A stretch of 59,564 nucleotides of DNA from a virus (taxonomy: Duplodnaviria; Caudoviricetes), in the IMG/VR virus record IMGVR_UViG_3300032313_000319, positions 1 to 59,564 of that record; one strand, 5' to 3'. The number at the start of each line of letters is the position of its first letter. Position 1 is the stretch's first letter. A program made the position numbers and the translations under genes. This document shows positions 29,709 to 39,239 of this stretch, one piece after another. Below the pieces are notes generated by a model. That model saw nothing but the letters and a program-made list of their open reading frames with translations. It was not told the origin of the DNA and made no database searches.

Positions 29709-29710
29709 AA

Positions 29711-30451
29711 TTAGTTGCCAGTTTCCTCATAGAATTCTGGTTTGTGGTACTTTTCGGAATAGTCAAGCATAGTAACGATTGAATACTTTACCCCAGAGTG
29801 TACTGGCATAGCACGGTGTGGATACATAAAGTTAGATGGGAATAGGTATAAATCTCCAGCCTTAGGCTTAACACTTAGATTCTGAAGTCTAAAGAATAGC
29901 TCCCCACCTTCATAATCATCATTTGGATAAGATACAGCTGACAGAACACAGTTATAAGAGTACCCATTGTCGTGGTGCTCCTGGAAGTGCTGTCCTTCAC
30001 CATACCTAACAAAATTCATAGCTTCCCAATATCTTAGCTCTCCGATATTGTGCATCTTGCAATAGTGCTTTACTGCTTGTAGTTGTCTAAAATAAACATC
30101 ATCCCACAGCTGACGTAGCTTCTCTGCAGCATCTCCAGTGTGCTCAGCGATATCTGACTTCTTATACTTAAAATCCTTGCAATCACGATACTCTGGAATC
30201 TTCATTCCATATCCCACCATAGCGTCAGCATATTCATAGGCATTGTCTGGATCTTCTAGAACATCTTCAAGTCTTTGAATAATATTCATACTAGTTGGAA
30301 GGACATCACGATAAACCAAGATACCGTGCCCAAAGTCCTCAATAGATGACCAAGTAATTTCATCAATTCTGTAAAAGTCCTGAATTCTTTTTTGCAAATC
30401 TTCTTGCTTTTGGTTATTTTCTTGCTCGTTAAATTCTTGCTGGTTTGACAA
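29711..30451 (-). CDS. 2OG-Fe(II) oxygenase
   Basis: HHD...YPNDDYEGGEL...FPSNFMYPH...GVKY. Confidence 0.9.
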   Translation of the reverse strand: MSNQQEFNEQENNQKQEDLQKRIQDFYRIDEITWSSIEDFGHGILVYRDVLPTSMNIIQRLEDVLEDPDNAYEYADAMVGYGMKIPEYRDCKDFKYKKSDIAEHTGDAAEKLRQLWDDVYFRQLQAVKHYCKMHNIGELRYWEAMNFVRYGEGQHFQEHHDNGYSYNCVLSAVSYPNDDYEGGELFFRLQNLSVKPKAGDLYLFPSNFMYPHRAMPVHSGVKYSIVTMLDYSEKYHKPEFYEETGN

Positions 30452-30460
30452 CGTTTCTCC

Positions 30461-31195
30461 TTAGTATGTAATCTTACTCATGTCTTCTTGACGATAGTTA
30501 AAGTTTCTTAGACCACCACGGTCGTTATAGTCTGTCATAATCACAACAGAATACTTAGTTCCAGAGATCATGTCGTTTGACGCATGCTCATAAATATAAG
30601 TTGATGGGAATACCATGACATCGCCCTTCTTAGGCTTAAGTGTTAGATTAAACCTTGGGAAATATAGCTCTCCACCTTCATAGTCATCATTAATGTATGC
30701 AACTACTGAAACGGTAGTAACGTAGGCTGGGCCATGGTCTGCATGAATCTTAAAGTGTGTTCCTGCACCATCATACTTTACAAAGTTAAATGCCTCAAAG
30801 AAGTTTACACCAACTCCCCAGTAACGACCATAGTCATCAACATTTGGTTTAATTGATCTAAATGCTAGCTCATGCATTTCGTACAAAGCTGCATTCTGAT
30901 CATCTCTAGGCCCAAGGTTTGTAGTACTTACCTTAAAGTCAAGACACTTTCGTGCCTCTTCCATAACATCGTCACCTTCTGTTACCTTTGCACCTTGCCA
31001 AGAATACTTAGTCTGACCGTTTAGATTGTTTTCTAGAGTGCTTATCATGTAGTCACATAAACTACTGCTAATTGCATTATTGTATACATTAATTCCAAGT
31101 GCTGGATTTGACACAACTATACCGCCATGAGTTACTCTAGATGGCATTCTGTTTGAGTCTGTTTCGGATCTATCTTTTGTTAGCCAATCATTCAT
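30461..31195 (-). CDS. 2OG-Fe(II) oxygenase
   Basis: HAD...YINDDYEGGELYF...FPSTYIYEH...GTKY; leaderless start. Confidence 0.9.
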   Translation of the reverse strand: MNDWLTKDRSETDSNRMPSRVTHGGIVVSNPALGINVYNNAISSSLCDYMISTLENNLNGQTKYSWQGAKVTEGDDVMEEARKCLDFKVSTTNLGPRDDQNAALYEMHELAFRSIKPNVDDYGRYWGVGVNFFEAFNFVKYDGAGTHFKIHADHGPAYVTTVSVVAYINDDYEGGELYFPRFNLTLKPKKGDVMVFPSTYIYEHASNDMISGTKYSVVIMTDYNDRGGLRNFNYRQEDMSKITY

Positions 31196-31213
31196 ATGCT
31201 AATTATAGCACAA

Positions 31214-31239
31214 GACCCAGGATTGTTAGTCCTGGGTCT
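31214..31239. terminator. Stable hairpin/terminator after Fn3 gene
   Basis: AGACCCAGGA...TCCTGGGTCT perfect 10-bp stem; weak U-tract. Confidence 0.5.
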
Positions 31240-31254
31240 ATGCACTCTCATTCT

Positions 31255-32046
31255 TTAGAACATCAGCACTCCGCTGAAGCCTGGGAAGAACGGTGGAAAG
31301 AATGGGAAGAATGGTGGGAAGTAAGGGAAGCTTGGCCCAAACCCTGGGAAGAACGGGAAGAACGGGAAGAACGGTGGGAAGTAAGGGAAGCTTGGTGGGA
31401 AGAATGGTGGGAAGAATGGTGGGAAAAATGGAGACAGTGTAGTCACGCTATTAGAGTTAGCAGAGTATACACCAACACCATTTGCGTTTTCAGCTCGGAT
31501 TTGGTATGTCTGAGCAGTTCCACCCTCTTGGGTAATGTTAGTAGTGCTTGCTGGAGCGTTTACAGTATTAGTCTTGTTATCAGAGGATGTCCAGCGATAT
31601 AGTGTAATTGACTTACCACCAGTTGCTGGAGCAGTCCAATCAAGCTTGTCCTGATTAGTCTGAGCAGTAGCTGTAGGTGCTGACATAGTTGCAGGAACTG
31701 TTGTAGCAGTTACGGTTACGCTAGCAGCAGTCCCTTGTGAGGTTCCAGCTGCATTTGTAGCAGTTACGCTAATTGTGTAAGTAACATTAGAAGCAAGGCC
31801 CTCTACAACAACAGGAGACGATGATCCTGTTGCGGTCCTAGTTGTCTGACCAACAGCAGTTGCAGTCACTGTATATGACGTAGCAGCAGGAGAAAGGGCT
31901 GGTAGCTCGAAAGCTACACTAGCTGCTCCGTTATTGAATGCTCTGTTGGTGCCTACGTCTGTAGCGACTACATTGATAGGTGCTAGTGGCTCTAGAAAGT
32001 CGTTTGATGCTTGAGACTTTCTACCTGATCTTTTTCCTGCTGCCAT
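31255..32046 (-). CDS. Fibronectin-type-III virion protein with Phe/Pro-repeat C-terminal tail
   Basis: Two Fn3-like domains (YTVTAT...GL....YTISVTATNAAG; WTAP..GG..I..Y...YQIRAENANG), then FFPPFFPP... repeats. Confidence 0.8.
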   Translation of the reverse strand: MAAGKRSGRKSQASNDFLEPLAPINVVATDVGTNRAFNNGAASVAFELPALSPAATSYTVTATAVGQTTRTATGSSSPVVVEGLASNVTYTISVTATNAAGTSQGTAASVTVTATTVPATMSAPTATAQTNQDKLDWTAPATGGKSITLYRWTSSDNKTNTVNAPASTTNITQEGGTAQTYQIRAENANGVGVYSANSNSVTTLSPFFPPFFPPFFPPSFPYFPPFFPFFPFFPGFGPSFPYFPPFFPFFPPFFPGFSGVLMF

Positions 32047-32065
32047 GCTATGTGCCTTCCTTTAA

Positions 32066-33934
32066 TTATGCTGTTAGGTCGCCGTAGACCAACCAAGTGT
32101 TTTCTGCTCGCTTTAGAAGTGTTGCAGAAGACCACTGGGTCCTTAACTTAAGTCCTGGAGTTGCATTTACGGTAACTCCACCTGCACCTGCGATTGTTAC
32201 CTGACCAGTTCCAGTCTGAATAATATCAATAGTTGTTCCTACTGGGTAGGCTACTGAAGAATTTGTTGGAATAGTCAAGGTGGTTGCAGAAGACTTGCTA
32301 ATCTCAACAATTGTGTCACGTTCGTTTAGGTTAGATAGGGTATAAGAATCTGTTTTTGCAGAGATAGTGGTGATAGAGGGAACGCCCTGCTTTGTCTGAG
32401 TGCCGTCAGTAAATACCACACCAGCCACCTCAATATTGTTAACAGCTAGGTCGTCTAGCGAACCCTGAGCAAAATTTATCACCGTTGTTGGCTCGTCAGT
32501 TACACCCTTGAATATCTTCCACTTTCCAGCAGATGAGTCACGAGCAATACCAGAGTGCTGATATGTTCCATCGTCAAAGGATGCGACTATACCAAGGTCT
32601 ACCAAATTAGTCTCATTTCCCTCACCAATATAGATTAGTGGATCAGAGACAATTAGATCTTGTGCTGAAACTGTCGTTGTGGTTCCAGAAACTGTTAGGT
32701 TGCCAGTCACCTCAAGGTCTCCGTCAACACTCGCACCGCCTTCAAAAATTGGATATGAAAGATTTGCCTTAAGGTTTAGTTCTTGGTACGTCGCATTTGA
32801 AACTGGCTTATCTGCATCTGAAGTATTGTCTACGTTACCAAGTCCTACGTGAGTCTTTGTGACACCAGAAACAGTTCCAGTAAATGTTGGATCTGCTGTA
32901 GGTGCCTTAGCATCTAGCTGTGTCTGAATGGCAGATGTAACACCATTTACATATCCAAGCTCGGTAGAGGAGACATCTCCTACAGAGGTAGTACTTGGAA
33001 GAACTACGGTACCTGTAAAGGTTGGTCCACTTAGTGGTGCATATGTAGATGATGCAGTAGCAGATGCAAGCTTGGCATCTAGCTGAGTCTGAATAGCAGA
33101 AGTTACTCCGTTTACGTATCCAATTTCTGTAGAAGAAACATCACCAATAGATGTCGTTGTTGGCAATACTACTGTTCCAGTAAAGGTTGGGTTGGCTGTG
33201 TTTGCTTTTGCATCAAGTTCACCCTCGATGTTTACATCAGCTTGCTCAAGAGCGTCTATCTGTCCCTGAATTGAACCTGTAACTCCATCAAGGTAAGAGA
33301 TCTCTGTTCCAGTTACCGAACCAACTGATGTTGTTGAAGGAAGTACAATATCTCCAGTAAATGTTGTATCTGCTAGAATTCCATTAACTGCTGTGGTTAC
33401 TGATGTAGATATTGCTGAGTTAACCTGAGCATTGTTCATAACATATTCTAGACCAGCAAAGTTGTTAACACCATTACCGACCTTAAACCCTAGCAGTGTT
33501 GTGTTGTAGGCAACAGTTCCTAGAGGAATAATGGAGCTGTCTGCTTCCCAGCCAGCTGCGTTCTTCTTGATAATTGGAACAACCTTTGACACGAAGTCTG
33601 GGTCGTCTCCAAGTGCTGCAGCTAGCTCGTCGAGAGTATTTAGAAGATCTGGGGCACCAGCGATTAGGTTTCCTAGCTGGCTAACTGGAATCTTTCCAGT
33701 GCTATCAAGGGTAGCAACACCATTATTAGCTGCTTTTTGGCTTAGTAGAATGTAGGTTCCAGATAGGTCTGTGGTGTCTTGGAAGTATGTTAGGTCATCC
33801 CAGTGATTGATTCCATCACCAATCTTAAATTTATTGGTGTCGGTTTCAAAACCAATTTCACCAGCTGCTAGAATAGGGTTAGCTGTGCCCCACTGAGACT
33901 CTGTTCCTCTACGTTGCTGCATTCTTGTTGCCAT
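32066..33934 (-). CDS. Tail fibre with Mtd/hyaluronidase-type N-terminal domain
   Basis: QQRRGT..W...NPILAAGEIGFETDTNKFKIGDG; internal PTFTGTVVLP...EIGYVNGVTSAIQTQLDAK repeats; C-terminal W.VYGDLTA domain. Confidence 0.8.
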   Translation of the reverse strand: MATRMQQRRGTESQWGTANPILAAGEIGFETDTNKFKIGDGINHWDDLTYFQDTTDLSGTYILLSQKAANNGVATLDSTGKIPVSQLGNLIAGAPDLLNTLDELAAALGDDPDFVSKVVPIIKKNAAGWEADSSIIPLGTVAYNTTLLGFKVGNGVNNFAGLEYVMNNAQVNSAISTSVTTAVNGILADTTFTGDIVLPSTTSVGSVTGTEISYLDGVTGSIQGQIDALEQADVNIEGELDAKANTANPTFTGTVVLPTTTSIGDVSSTEIGYVNGVTSAIQTQLDAKLASATASSTYAPLSGPTFTGTVVLPSTTSVGDVSSTELGYVNGVTSAIQTQLDAKAPTADPTFTGTVSGVTKTHVGLGNVDNTSDADKPVSNATYQELNLKANLSYPIFEGGASVDGDLEVTGNLTVSGTTTTVSAQDLIVSDPLIYIGEGNETNLVDLGIVASFDDGTYQHSGIARDSSAGKWKIFKGVTDEPTTVINFAQGSLDDLAVNNIEVAGVVFTDGTQTKQGVPSITTISAKTDSYTLSNLNERDTIVEISKSSATTLTIPTNSSVAYPVGTTIDIIQTGTGQVTIAGAGGVTVNATPGLKLRTQWSSATLLKRAENTWLVYGDLTA

Positions 33935-34009
33935 AGTATTTTATCTCCTAATATTAGGCTTTTAGCCCTCAACACTCATTTATAATTATAACATTCGTTT
34001 TACGAATGC

Positions 34010-34459
34010 TTAATTAAAGTTATCTATTGCTATTCCGCCATTCCAGGTCATTGCCCATTCATTTAGGTTATAATAGCCTGCATCTGTAACAGATACAAAA
34101 TCTCCATCGTAGAATCCACCATCTTGGTAAATACTAACAATAAGTCCATCTCCACCGATTGAAGTATCGTGAATGTGCTGAGGTAGATTGATAACATCGT
34201 TGTATGTTGCCAATACAATCCACGCATCATTAAAATAAATATTCATTCTAGAGTTGGTTGTGTTAAACCATTGCATTCCAACAGTTGGATCATCTGGTTC
34301 TGTATCTTGAATTACTACCAGTCTAGAGTCTACATAGGACTTAGTTACTGCATGTGTTGATTCTGTTGGCTCAGCAACAACGACAGTGCCTCCGAACCGA
34401 CCGCCATCTGTAACGATTAGCCCATTCTTGACCTTGAAGTCTCTTTCTGTCACAGCCAT
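34010..34459 (-). CDS. Small fibre-associated protein
   Basis: DFKVKNGLIV N-terminus like 34529-36889; HAVTKSYVD fibre motif. Confidence 0.6.
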   Translation of the reverse strand: MAVTERDFKVKNGLIVTDGGRFGGTVVVAEPTESTHAVTKSYVDSRLVVIQDTEPDDPTVGMQWFNTTNSRMNIYFNDAWIVLATYNDVINLPQHIHDTSIGGDGLIVSIYQDGGFYDGDFVSVTDAGYYNLNEWAMTWNGGIAIDNFN

Positions 34460-34486
34460 TCAATTCTCCTAATTAAAACTTGTGGG

Positions 34487-34513
34487 TGGTGGGGTTTTTG
34501 AGGAACCCCACCA
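34487..34513. terminator. Hairpin after long fibre gene
   Basis: TGGTGGGGTT...AACCCCACCA 10-bp stem. Confidence 0.5.
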
Positions 34514-34528
34514 GAAACCTTTGTTTAA

Positions 34529-36889
34529 TTACGCTAGCAGTGTACCAACTACAGTAACTGTAGAGGTGTTGTTAGCAGTTGTTACTAGTAGCTGTACATC
34601 TGTACCACTGATTCCTGCAGAAACAGTAGATGCTGAACCGTTAGTTCCAACGATACCATACTCTGTAATTGCAATGTTGTCAGAAGTGTCTAGAGTCAAA
34701 AGAACCTTAGAGATTTCTGTGTGTGTTGAGTAAGCAACCTTTACAAGGAATTCTGCTGAACGGTAGTCTGCCTTAGCCCAGGCATAAGCTGTCTGTACAC
34801 CAGCAGTTGGTGCTGATAGAGTAGCTGCAACCTGTAGAGCAACATCATCAATACTTACTGTGTTGAACATTGAGTCAGTACCCTGGAGTGCATCTACTGC
34901 TCGCTCATCTGTGAAGTAAAGGTTGGTACCCTCATCTAGATCGGTTGTGGTAGAGTCTGCAACACCGTTTTCTGCGGTAATTGTAAGACCAGAACCATTA
35001 CCTGTGATGGTGATGTTAGTCTTGCTTGCACCAGTCAACAATTCAGCAGCAGCAGTCTTAGCACGAGCATCTGTGAAGTAAAGGCTTGTACCCTCTTCAA
35101 TGGCTGTGGTAGTCAGTGCGTCAATTGCAGTTGTAATGTCTGAAGGTGTAGCCTTAGCATTCAGCTGTGTCTGGATTGAAGAGGTTACGCCATCTACATA
35201 GTTAAGCTCAACTGTAGAAGCAGTAATACCATCAAGTACGTTTAGCTCAGCTGCTGATGCAGTCAAGTCAGAAACATCTGCAACCACAACCGTAATGTCG
35301 TTGCTTGCAGTGTTAATTGTCTTGTTGGTTAGTGTCTGAGAGTCAGTGGTACCGACAATTGCACCTGTAACACCGTGTGTTGAGGTGTCATTTTCGTGGT
35401 TGTCTAGGTTAGTCTGAACAGTAGCTGCTGCACCTGCTTCATCGTAGTTTCCAGCAAGACCATCTGCATAGTCTTCTGCTGCTGACTGTGCTGATGCTGC
35501 TTCTGAAGAAGCAAATGTTCTAGTAGCTGTAATGGTTTCGTCAATCTCAAAGGTGTTACCGTTTAGCTCTAGACCATTACCTGCAAGGAATGTTCCAGCA
35601 CCAGAGAACTGGGTGAAGCTAATTGGGTCTGTACCGATGGTAGCTGGTCTAAGAGTCTGTACCCAACCAGTGTTAGCATAGGTTCCAGAGGTTACGAAAA
35701 TGAAGTCTCCGCTGTCTACTTCTGTTGCAGTATCAAAGTCTGTTGCACGTAGTGCCTGACCAGAAGCCTGAACTACATAGATACCGTTTTCTGAAGCAGT
35801 GTTCTGGTTCTTTACAAGAACACGGTCACCAGTTGCAAGAGTTACTCCGCTAAGGGTGTCTCCATTCTCAAGACCATTTGCGATTGAAACGTTTGCACTT
35901 GTGGCAGCTCTAGCTGCTTCGTGAATGTGAAGTCCTTCAGATACAGCATCAACATATGACTTGGTTGCAGCGTGATCTGCCTGTGTTGGAGTTCCAAGAC
36001 CAGAAATCTGGTTTCCGTCCATAAGCAAGTCATCGCCAAATGTCTTATTGGTTAGAGTCTGAGCCTCTGATGCACCAACAATTTCGGTAACGCCGTGAGT
36101 TGAAGTATCTGCTGCGTGATCTGCAAGGGCAGTGGATGTCTCAAGAGCAGTGATGTCGTCAGTAATAGCGTTTAGCTGTCCCTGAATACCAGAGGTTACA
36201 CCATCAACGTAGTTCAACTCTGTAGTGGTTAGGGTTGCACCATCAAGAATGTTTAGCTCTGAGGCAGTAACTGTTGCACCGTCTAGAATGTTTAGCTCAC
36301 TTGTAGATAGAGTTGCACCGTCTAGGATGTTTAGTTCTGCTGCGGTTGCTGTTACACCAGTTAGGTCAGTTGGAGCAATCGAAACGTTCTGGGTTCCATC
36401 AAATGTCTGCCCTGCGATTGTACGTGCTGTCTGTAGTGCTGTTGCAGTTCCTGCATTGCCAGATACGGTTCCAGTTACGTTACCAGTTAGGTTACCTGTT
36501 ACGTTACCTGTTACGTTTCCTGTAACATCACCTGTAAGGTCACCAGTTACGTCACCTGTAACATTTCCAGTTACGTTACCTGTTACATCACCAGTTAGGT
36601 CACCAGTTACATCACCTGTAAGGTTACCTGTTACGTTACCTGTTACGTTTCCTGTTACGTTTCCTGTTAGAGCTGCTGTAATTGTGCCTGCAGCAAAGTT
36701 ACCAGAGCCATCACGCTTTACAACTGCATTTGCAGTGTTTGCTGAGGTAGCTGTACCACCAATAAGACCAACAATGTAATCCTGGTCTGCCTGCTTCTTG
36801 GTTAGAATGTCAAAGTTGTTTACCTTTGCGGTTGTTCCTTCGACAATCAGACCACTTTTAATCTTAAAGTCTTTTACGACTGTAGCCAT
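34529..36889 (-). CDS. Long tail fibre / virion fibre protein
   Basis: 786 aa, Thr/Ala/Gly-rich; (TG[ND][VL])n, ELNILDGAT repeats, GDRVLVKNQ...NGIY motif. Confidence 0.8.
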   Translation of the reverse strand: MATVVKDFKIKSGLIVEGTTAKVNNFDILTKKQADQDYIVGLIGGTATSANTANAVVKRDGSGNFAAGTITAALTGNVTGNVTGNVTGNLTGDVTGDLTGDVTGNVTGNVTGDVTGDLTGDVTGNVTGNVTGNLTGNVTGTVSGNAGTATALQTARTIAGQTFDGTQNVSIAPTDLTGVTATAAELNILDGATLSTSELNILDGATVTASELNILDGATLTTTELNYVDGVTSGIQGQLNAITDDITALETSTALADHAADTSTHGVTEIVGASEAQTLTNKTFGDDLLMDGNQISGLGTPTQADHAATKSYVDAVSEGLHIHEAARAATSANVSIANGLENGDTLSGVTLATGDRVLVKNQNTASENGIYVVQASGQALRATDFDTATEVDSGDFIFVTSGTYANTGWVQTLRPATIGTDPISFTQFSGAGTFLAGNGLELNGNTFEIDETITATRTFASSEAASAQSAAEDYADGLAGNYDEAGAAATVQTNLDNHENDTSTHGVTGAIVGTTDSQTLTNKTINTASNDITVVVADVSDLTASAAELNVLDGITASTVELNYVDGVTSSIQTQLNAKATPSDITTAIDALTTTAIEEGTSLYFTDARAKTAAAELLTGASKTNITITGNGSGLTITAENGVADSTTTDLDEGTNLYFTDERAVDALQGTDSMFNTVSIDDVALQVAATLSAPTAGVQTAYAWAKADYRSAEFLVKVAYSTHTEISKVLLTLDTSDNIAITEYGIVGTNGSASTVSAGISGTDVQLLVTTANNTSTVTVVGTLLA
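36465..36670 (-). repeat. 12-bp coding tandem repeat encoding (TG[N/D][V/L])n
   Basis: Roughly 17 consecutive tetrapeptide units in the translation. Confidence 0.85.
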
Positions 36890-36906
36890 TTTTTATCTCC
36901 TTTTAG

Positions 36907-37353
36907 TTATGCCTTAAGTCCAATACGTGCATAACGTAGTGTGACTGGCTTAATGACTGAATCTGGGGTAACAGTTAGTGCAACTGTATCTCCAGTCCTA
37001 GAGACGCTAATGGTGCCCATATTCCCATCGTTGTCTATTGTTCCATACTCAGAAACGGAAACGTCTTCTCCGTCCACCAAGATGGTTAACTCTGTGGCAT
37101 AAAAGTAATTATCTCCCTGAGTTGTCTTTGAAAGGGAAATAATATACTTTACCATTCTCCATGCTGTAGCACTAAAGCTATCAAATACGGTTGGGTTTTG
37201 AATATCGCTTATTGTGCTTTCATTATTACCTGTTGTTCCAAGGTCAGTAGCCTGACCAGAGGCGGTATCAATAAGATCCGCATAGTCTTCCTGAGATGGA
37301 CGATCTCCAGTCTCAAAGCGTGTTTTTACATAGGATATCGAGGTTCTTGCCAT
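36907..37353 (-). CDS. Virion protein; C-terminal domain paralogous to that of the long fibre
   Basis: FETGDRPSQEDYADLID; SEYGTI vs TEYGIV in 34529-36889. Confidence 0.6.
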   Translation of the reverse strand: MARTSISYVKTRFETGDRPSQEDYADLIDTASGQATDLGTTGNNESTISDIQNPTVFDSFSATAWRMVKYIISLSKTTQGDNYFYATELTILVDGEDVSVSEYGTIDNDGNMGTISVSRTGDTVALTVTPDSVIKPVTLRYARIGLKA

Positions 37354-37373
37354 GGTTCAATTATACAGGTGTT

Positions 37374-37598
37374 TTATAGGATGTAGTTGCTGTAGCCAAT
37401 GACCTGGATGCCAATACCTGGCACATTATTGGGACCGTATCCCTCAATGCCAATGTTTGTAAACTTAACTCTAAATGGGATGGTTTGGTTTATTAATACC
37501 GTTCTTTTTGGACGAACAATATTAAATATTGGAAAAGTTTTTGCAGACAGCTTTCTGGTTCTAACCTTCTGCTCGTCTACAATGACTGCTTTAGCCAT
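37374..37598 (-). CDS. Hypothetical protein
   Basis: 74 aa, coupled to the upstream gene. Confidence 0.55.
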   Translation of the reverse strand: MAKAVIVDEQKVRTRKLSAKTFPIFNIVRPKRTVLINQTIPFRVKFTNIGIEGYGPNNVPGIGIQVIGYSNYIL

Positions 37599-38008
37599 TA
37601 GTCAGTTACATCCTCAAGAATGATCATACTACCCTGAGCTACAGTCCAAACAATTAGGTTGTTATCTGTTGATAGCTGAATATCAAAGATGTCTCCAGTT
37701 CTCAGGTTATAGGATTCTGATGCTGTTAATGATACTGTAAACTCTCCTGGAGCATCATCTAGGTCAGCCTCAGGGGTAAGTATCATAACCAAAGTTGCAG
37801 CATCTGTGATTACTCCAAGATTTGCAGAAGAATTAGGTCTTTTAATCTTCATAGAAATATCCCAGTCTGGGATGTTCAATGGTTGCTTTGCATCATCAGT
37901 TACATATACCCTGAATGAAGCGGTATCACCACGAACGACTGTCCAGTTAACAATCGGTGGTTTATTTCCAACGTCATAAGACGAAGCAGATCCTCTAGTA
38001 GTAGCCAT
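37598..38008 (-). CDS. BppU-N-like small virion protein
   Basis: WTVVRGDTASFRVYVTD..P; leaderless start MATTRG. Confidence 0.55.
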   Translation of the reverse strand: MATTRGSASSYDVGNKPPIVNWTVVRGDTASFRVYVTDDAKQPLNIPDWDISMKIKRPNSSANLGVITDAATLVMILTPEADLDDAPGEFTVSLTASESYNLRTGDIFDIQLSTDNNLIVWTVAQGSMIILEDVTD

Positions 38009-38022
38009 AAGTTTATTATACA

Positions 38023-38526
38023 CTAAGCCAAGCCAGCTTTAAGTGCCCCCCAAGTTCCATTTCCCTTTGCCTCAACAATAATGAGTCCTAAAGATGCTGC
38101 ATGAGCAACAATACCCACTGCACCACCAGCGTCTTGCTGAGTTGTTAAGCCACCAGACGCTCCTGCATATAGGATATCTCCAGCAGTAAATCCAGAAGTA
38201 TTAACATTTTCTAGAATTCCAGAAACAACAACAATACCGTTTGCAGTATTGGCGATGTTTGTTTTTGCTAGTCCAAGAATCGGTTGTGTTGTTGAAGAGG
38301 TTGCTTTAGCAACCGTAGTTGCAGTGTTATAACCAGTTACATAGACTGGGTCTCCTGCAGATATACTTTGACCACTATTATTCAAAACTCTAATTTGTGA
38401 ATAAGATGCTAGTGGAAGAACAGCCTCTAGCTTTTCAACTAGCTGCCTGATGTCACCATGAACATTGACGGGGTCGTCAGATTCTGGGTAAGGTAGTTCG
38501 TATGTTTGAGATTCTCCAGTAGCCAT
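38023..38526 (-). CDS. Virion decoration/fibre-like protein
   Basis: LPYP...D.V, ISAGDPVYV, G.AK....G.V.V.G motifs. Confidence 0.55.
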   Translation of the reverse strand: MATGESQTYELPYPESDDPVNVHGDIRQLVEKLEAVLPLASYSQIRVLNNSGQSISAGDPVYVTGYNTATTVAKATSSTTQPILGLAKTNIANTANGIVVVSGILENVNTSGFTAGDILYAGASGGLTTQQDAGGAVGIVAHAASLGLIIVEAKGNGTWGALKAGLA

Positions 38527-38561
38527 AAATTTAATTATAGCATGACAAAATGACTAAAAAG

Positions 38562-38570
38562 TGGTATAAT
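38562..38570 (+). promoter_or_regulatory. Extended -10 promoter for hydrolase operon (divergent from 38534-38542)
   Basis: TGGTATAAT upstream of AGGAGG and the TTG start. Confidence 0.65.
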
Positions 38571-38619
38571 TTTAGGACAAGACCCTTAAACAAGGTCTTT
38601 TTGCTTTAGGAGGTGCAAT

Positions 38620-39237
38620 TTGAAAAAAGTTGCAATACTAGGAGCGGTAGTAGTATTACTTGGCTGTTCTGCAGCTACCGTGGCTGATGACCATAAATCA
38701 TTAAGTACAAATAAATATACAACAAAGCCAACAATTGAGACTATGTCTCTAATAATTGAAACAAGCAAGACACAAACAAGACTTGAGCAGCAAGCTGCTG
38801 AAGCTTTAAAAAATATAGCTGAACAACAAAAGGCTCAGAAGGAAAGAGTTACCAATAGGCAGGCTCTTCAAGATAGGCTTGTTCAGCTAGAGAAGTATGT
38901 TGGAAAGACCTGGTATGTATTTAGCGGATCTTCTCCTTCTGGATGGGACTGTTCTGGATTGACTAGATGGTTCTATGAGGGTCTTGGTATTACTCTTGAC
39001 CACTCTGCTAGCAAGCAGGCTAAGAATGCTGGATACTATGTAGATACCCCCCAAATTGGAGACATAGTTGGATTTAAGCATCTTAACTCTAAGAAGTATT
39101 TTCACGTAGGCATTTATGCTGGTGATGGAGTGGTAATTCATTCTAAGAAGCCAGGAACAAGAACAGAAAAGATCAAACTAACAGACGGATGGTTTTCTCA
39201 AAGTGAGATTTCCTTTATTAGAGTTATAGAGAATTAA
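38620..39237 (+). CDS. Secreted NlpC/P60 peptidoglycan endopeptidase
   Basis: Signal peptide (possible LLGC lipobox), coiled coil, GWDCSG...HVGIY...IHS catalytic motifs. Confidence 0.88.
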   Translation: MKKVAILGAVVVLLGCSAATVADDHKSLSTNKYTTKPTIETMSLIIETSKTQTRLEQQAAEALKNIAEQQKAQKERVTNRQALQDRLVQLEKYVGKTWYVFSGSSPSGWDCSGLTRWFYEGLGITLDHSASKQAKNAGYYVDTPQIGDIVGFKHLNSKKYFHVGIYAGDGVVIHSKKPGTRTEKIKLTDGWFSQSEISFIRVIEN

Positions 39238-39239
39238 TT

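Noticed and set aside
31141-31602. Plus-strand W/E-rich ORF
   Set aside because: It is the reverse-strand reading of the Phe/Pro repeat; no translation signals
32066-33934. Diversity-generating retroelement suggested by the Mtd-like N-terminus
   Set aside because: No reverse transcriptase and no template/variable repeat pair differing at adenines seen in the window
751-37623. Many plus-strand ORFs of 60-184 aa in the ORF track
   Set aside because: They are antisense shadows of long minus-strand virion genes, with no SD and low-complexity mirror translations
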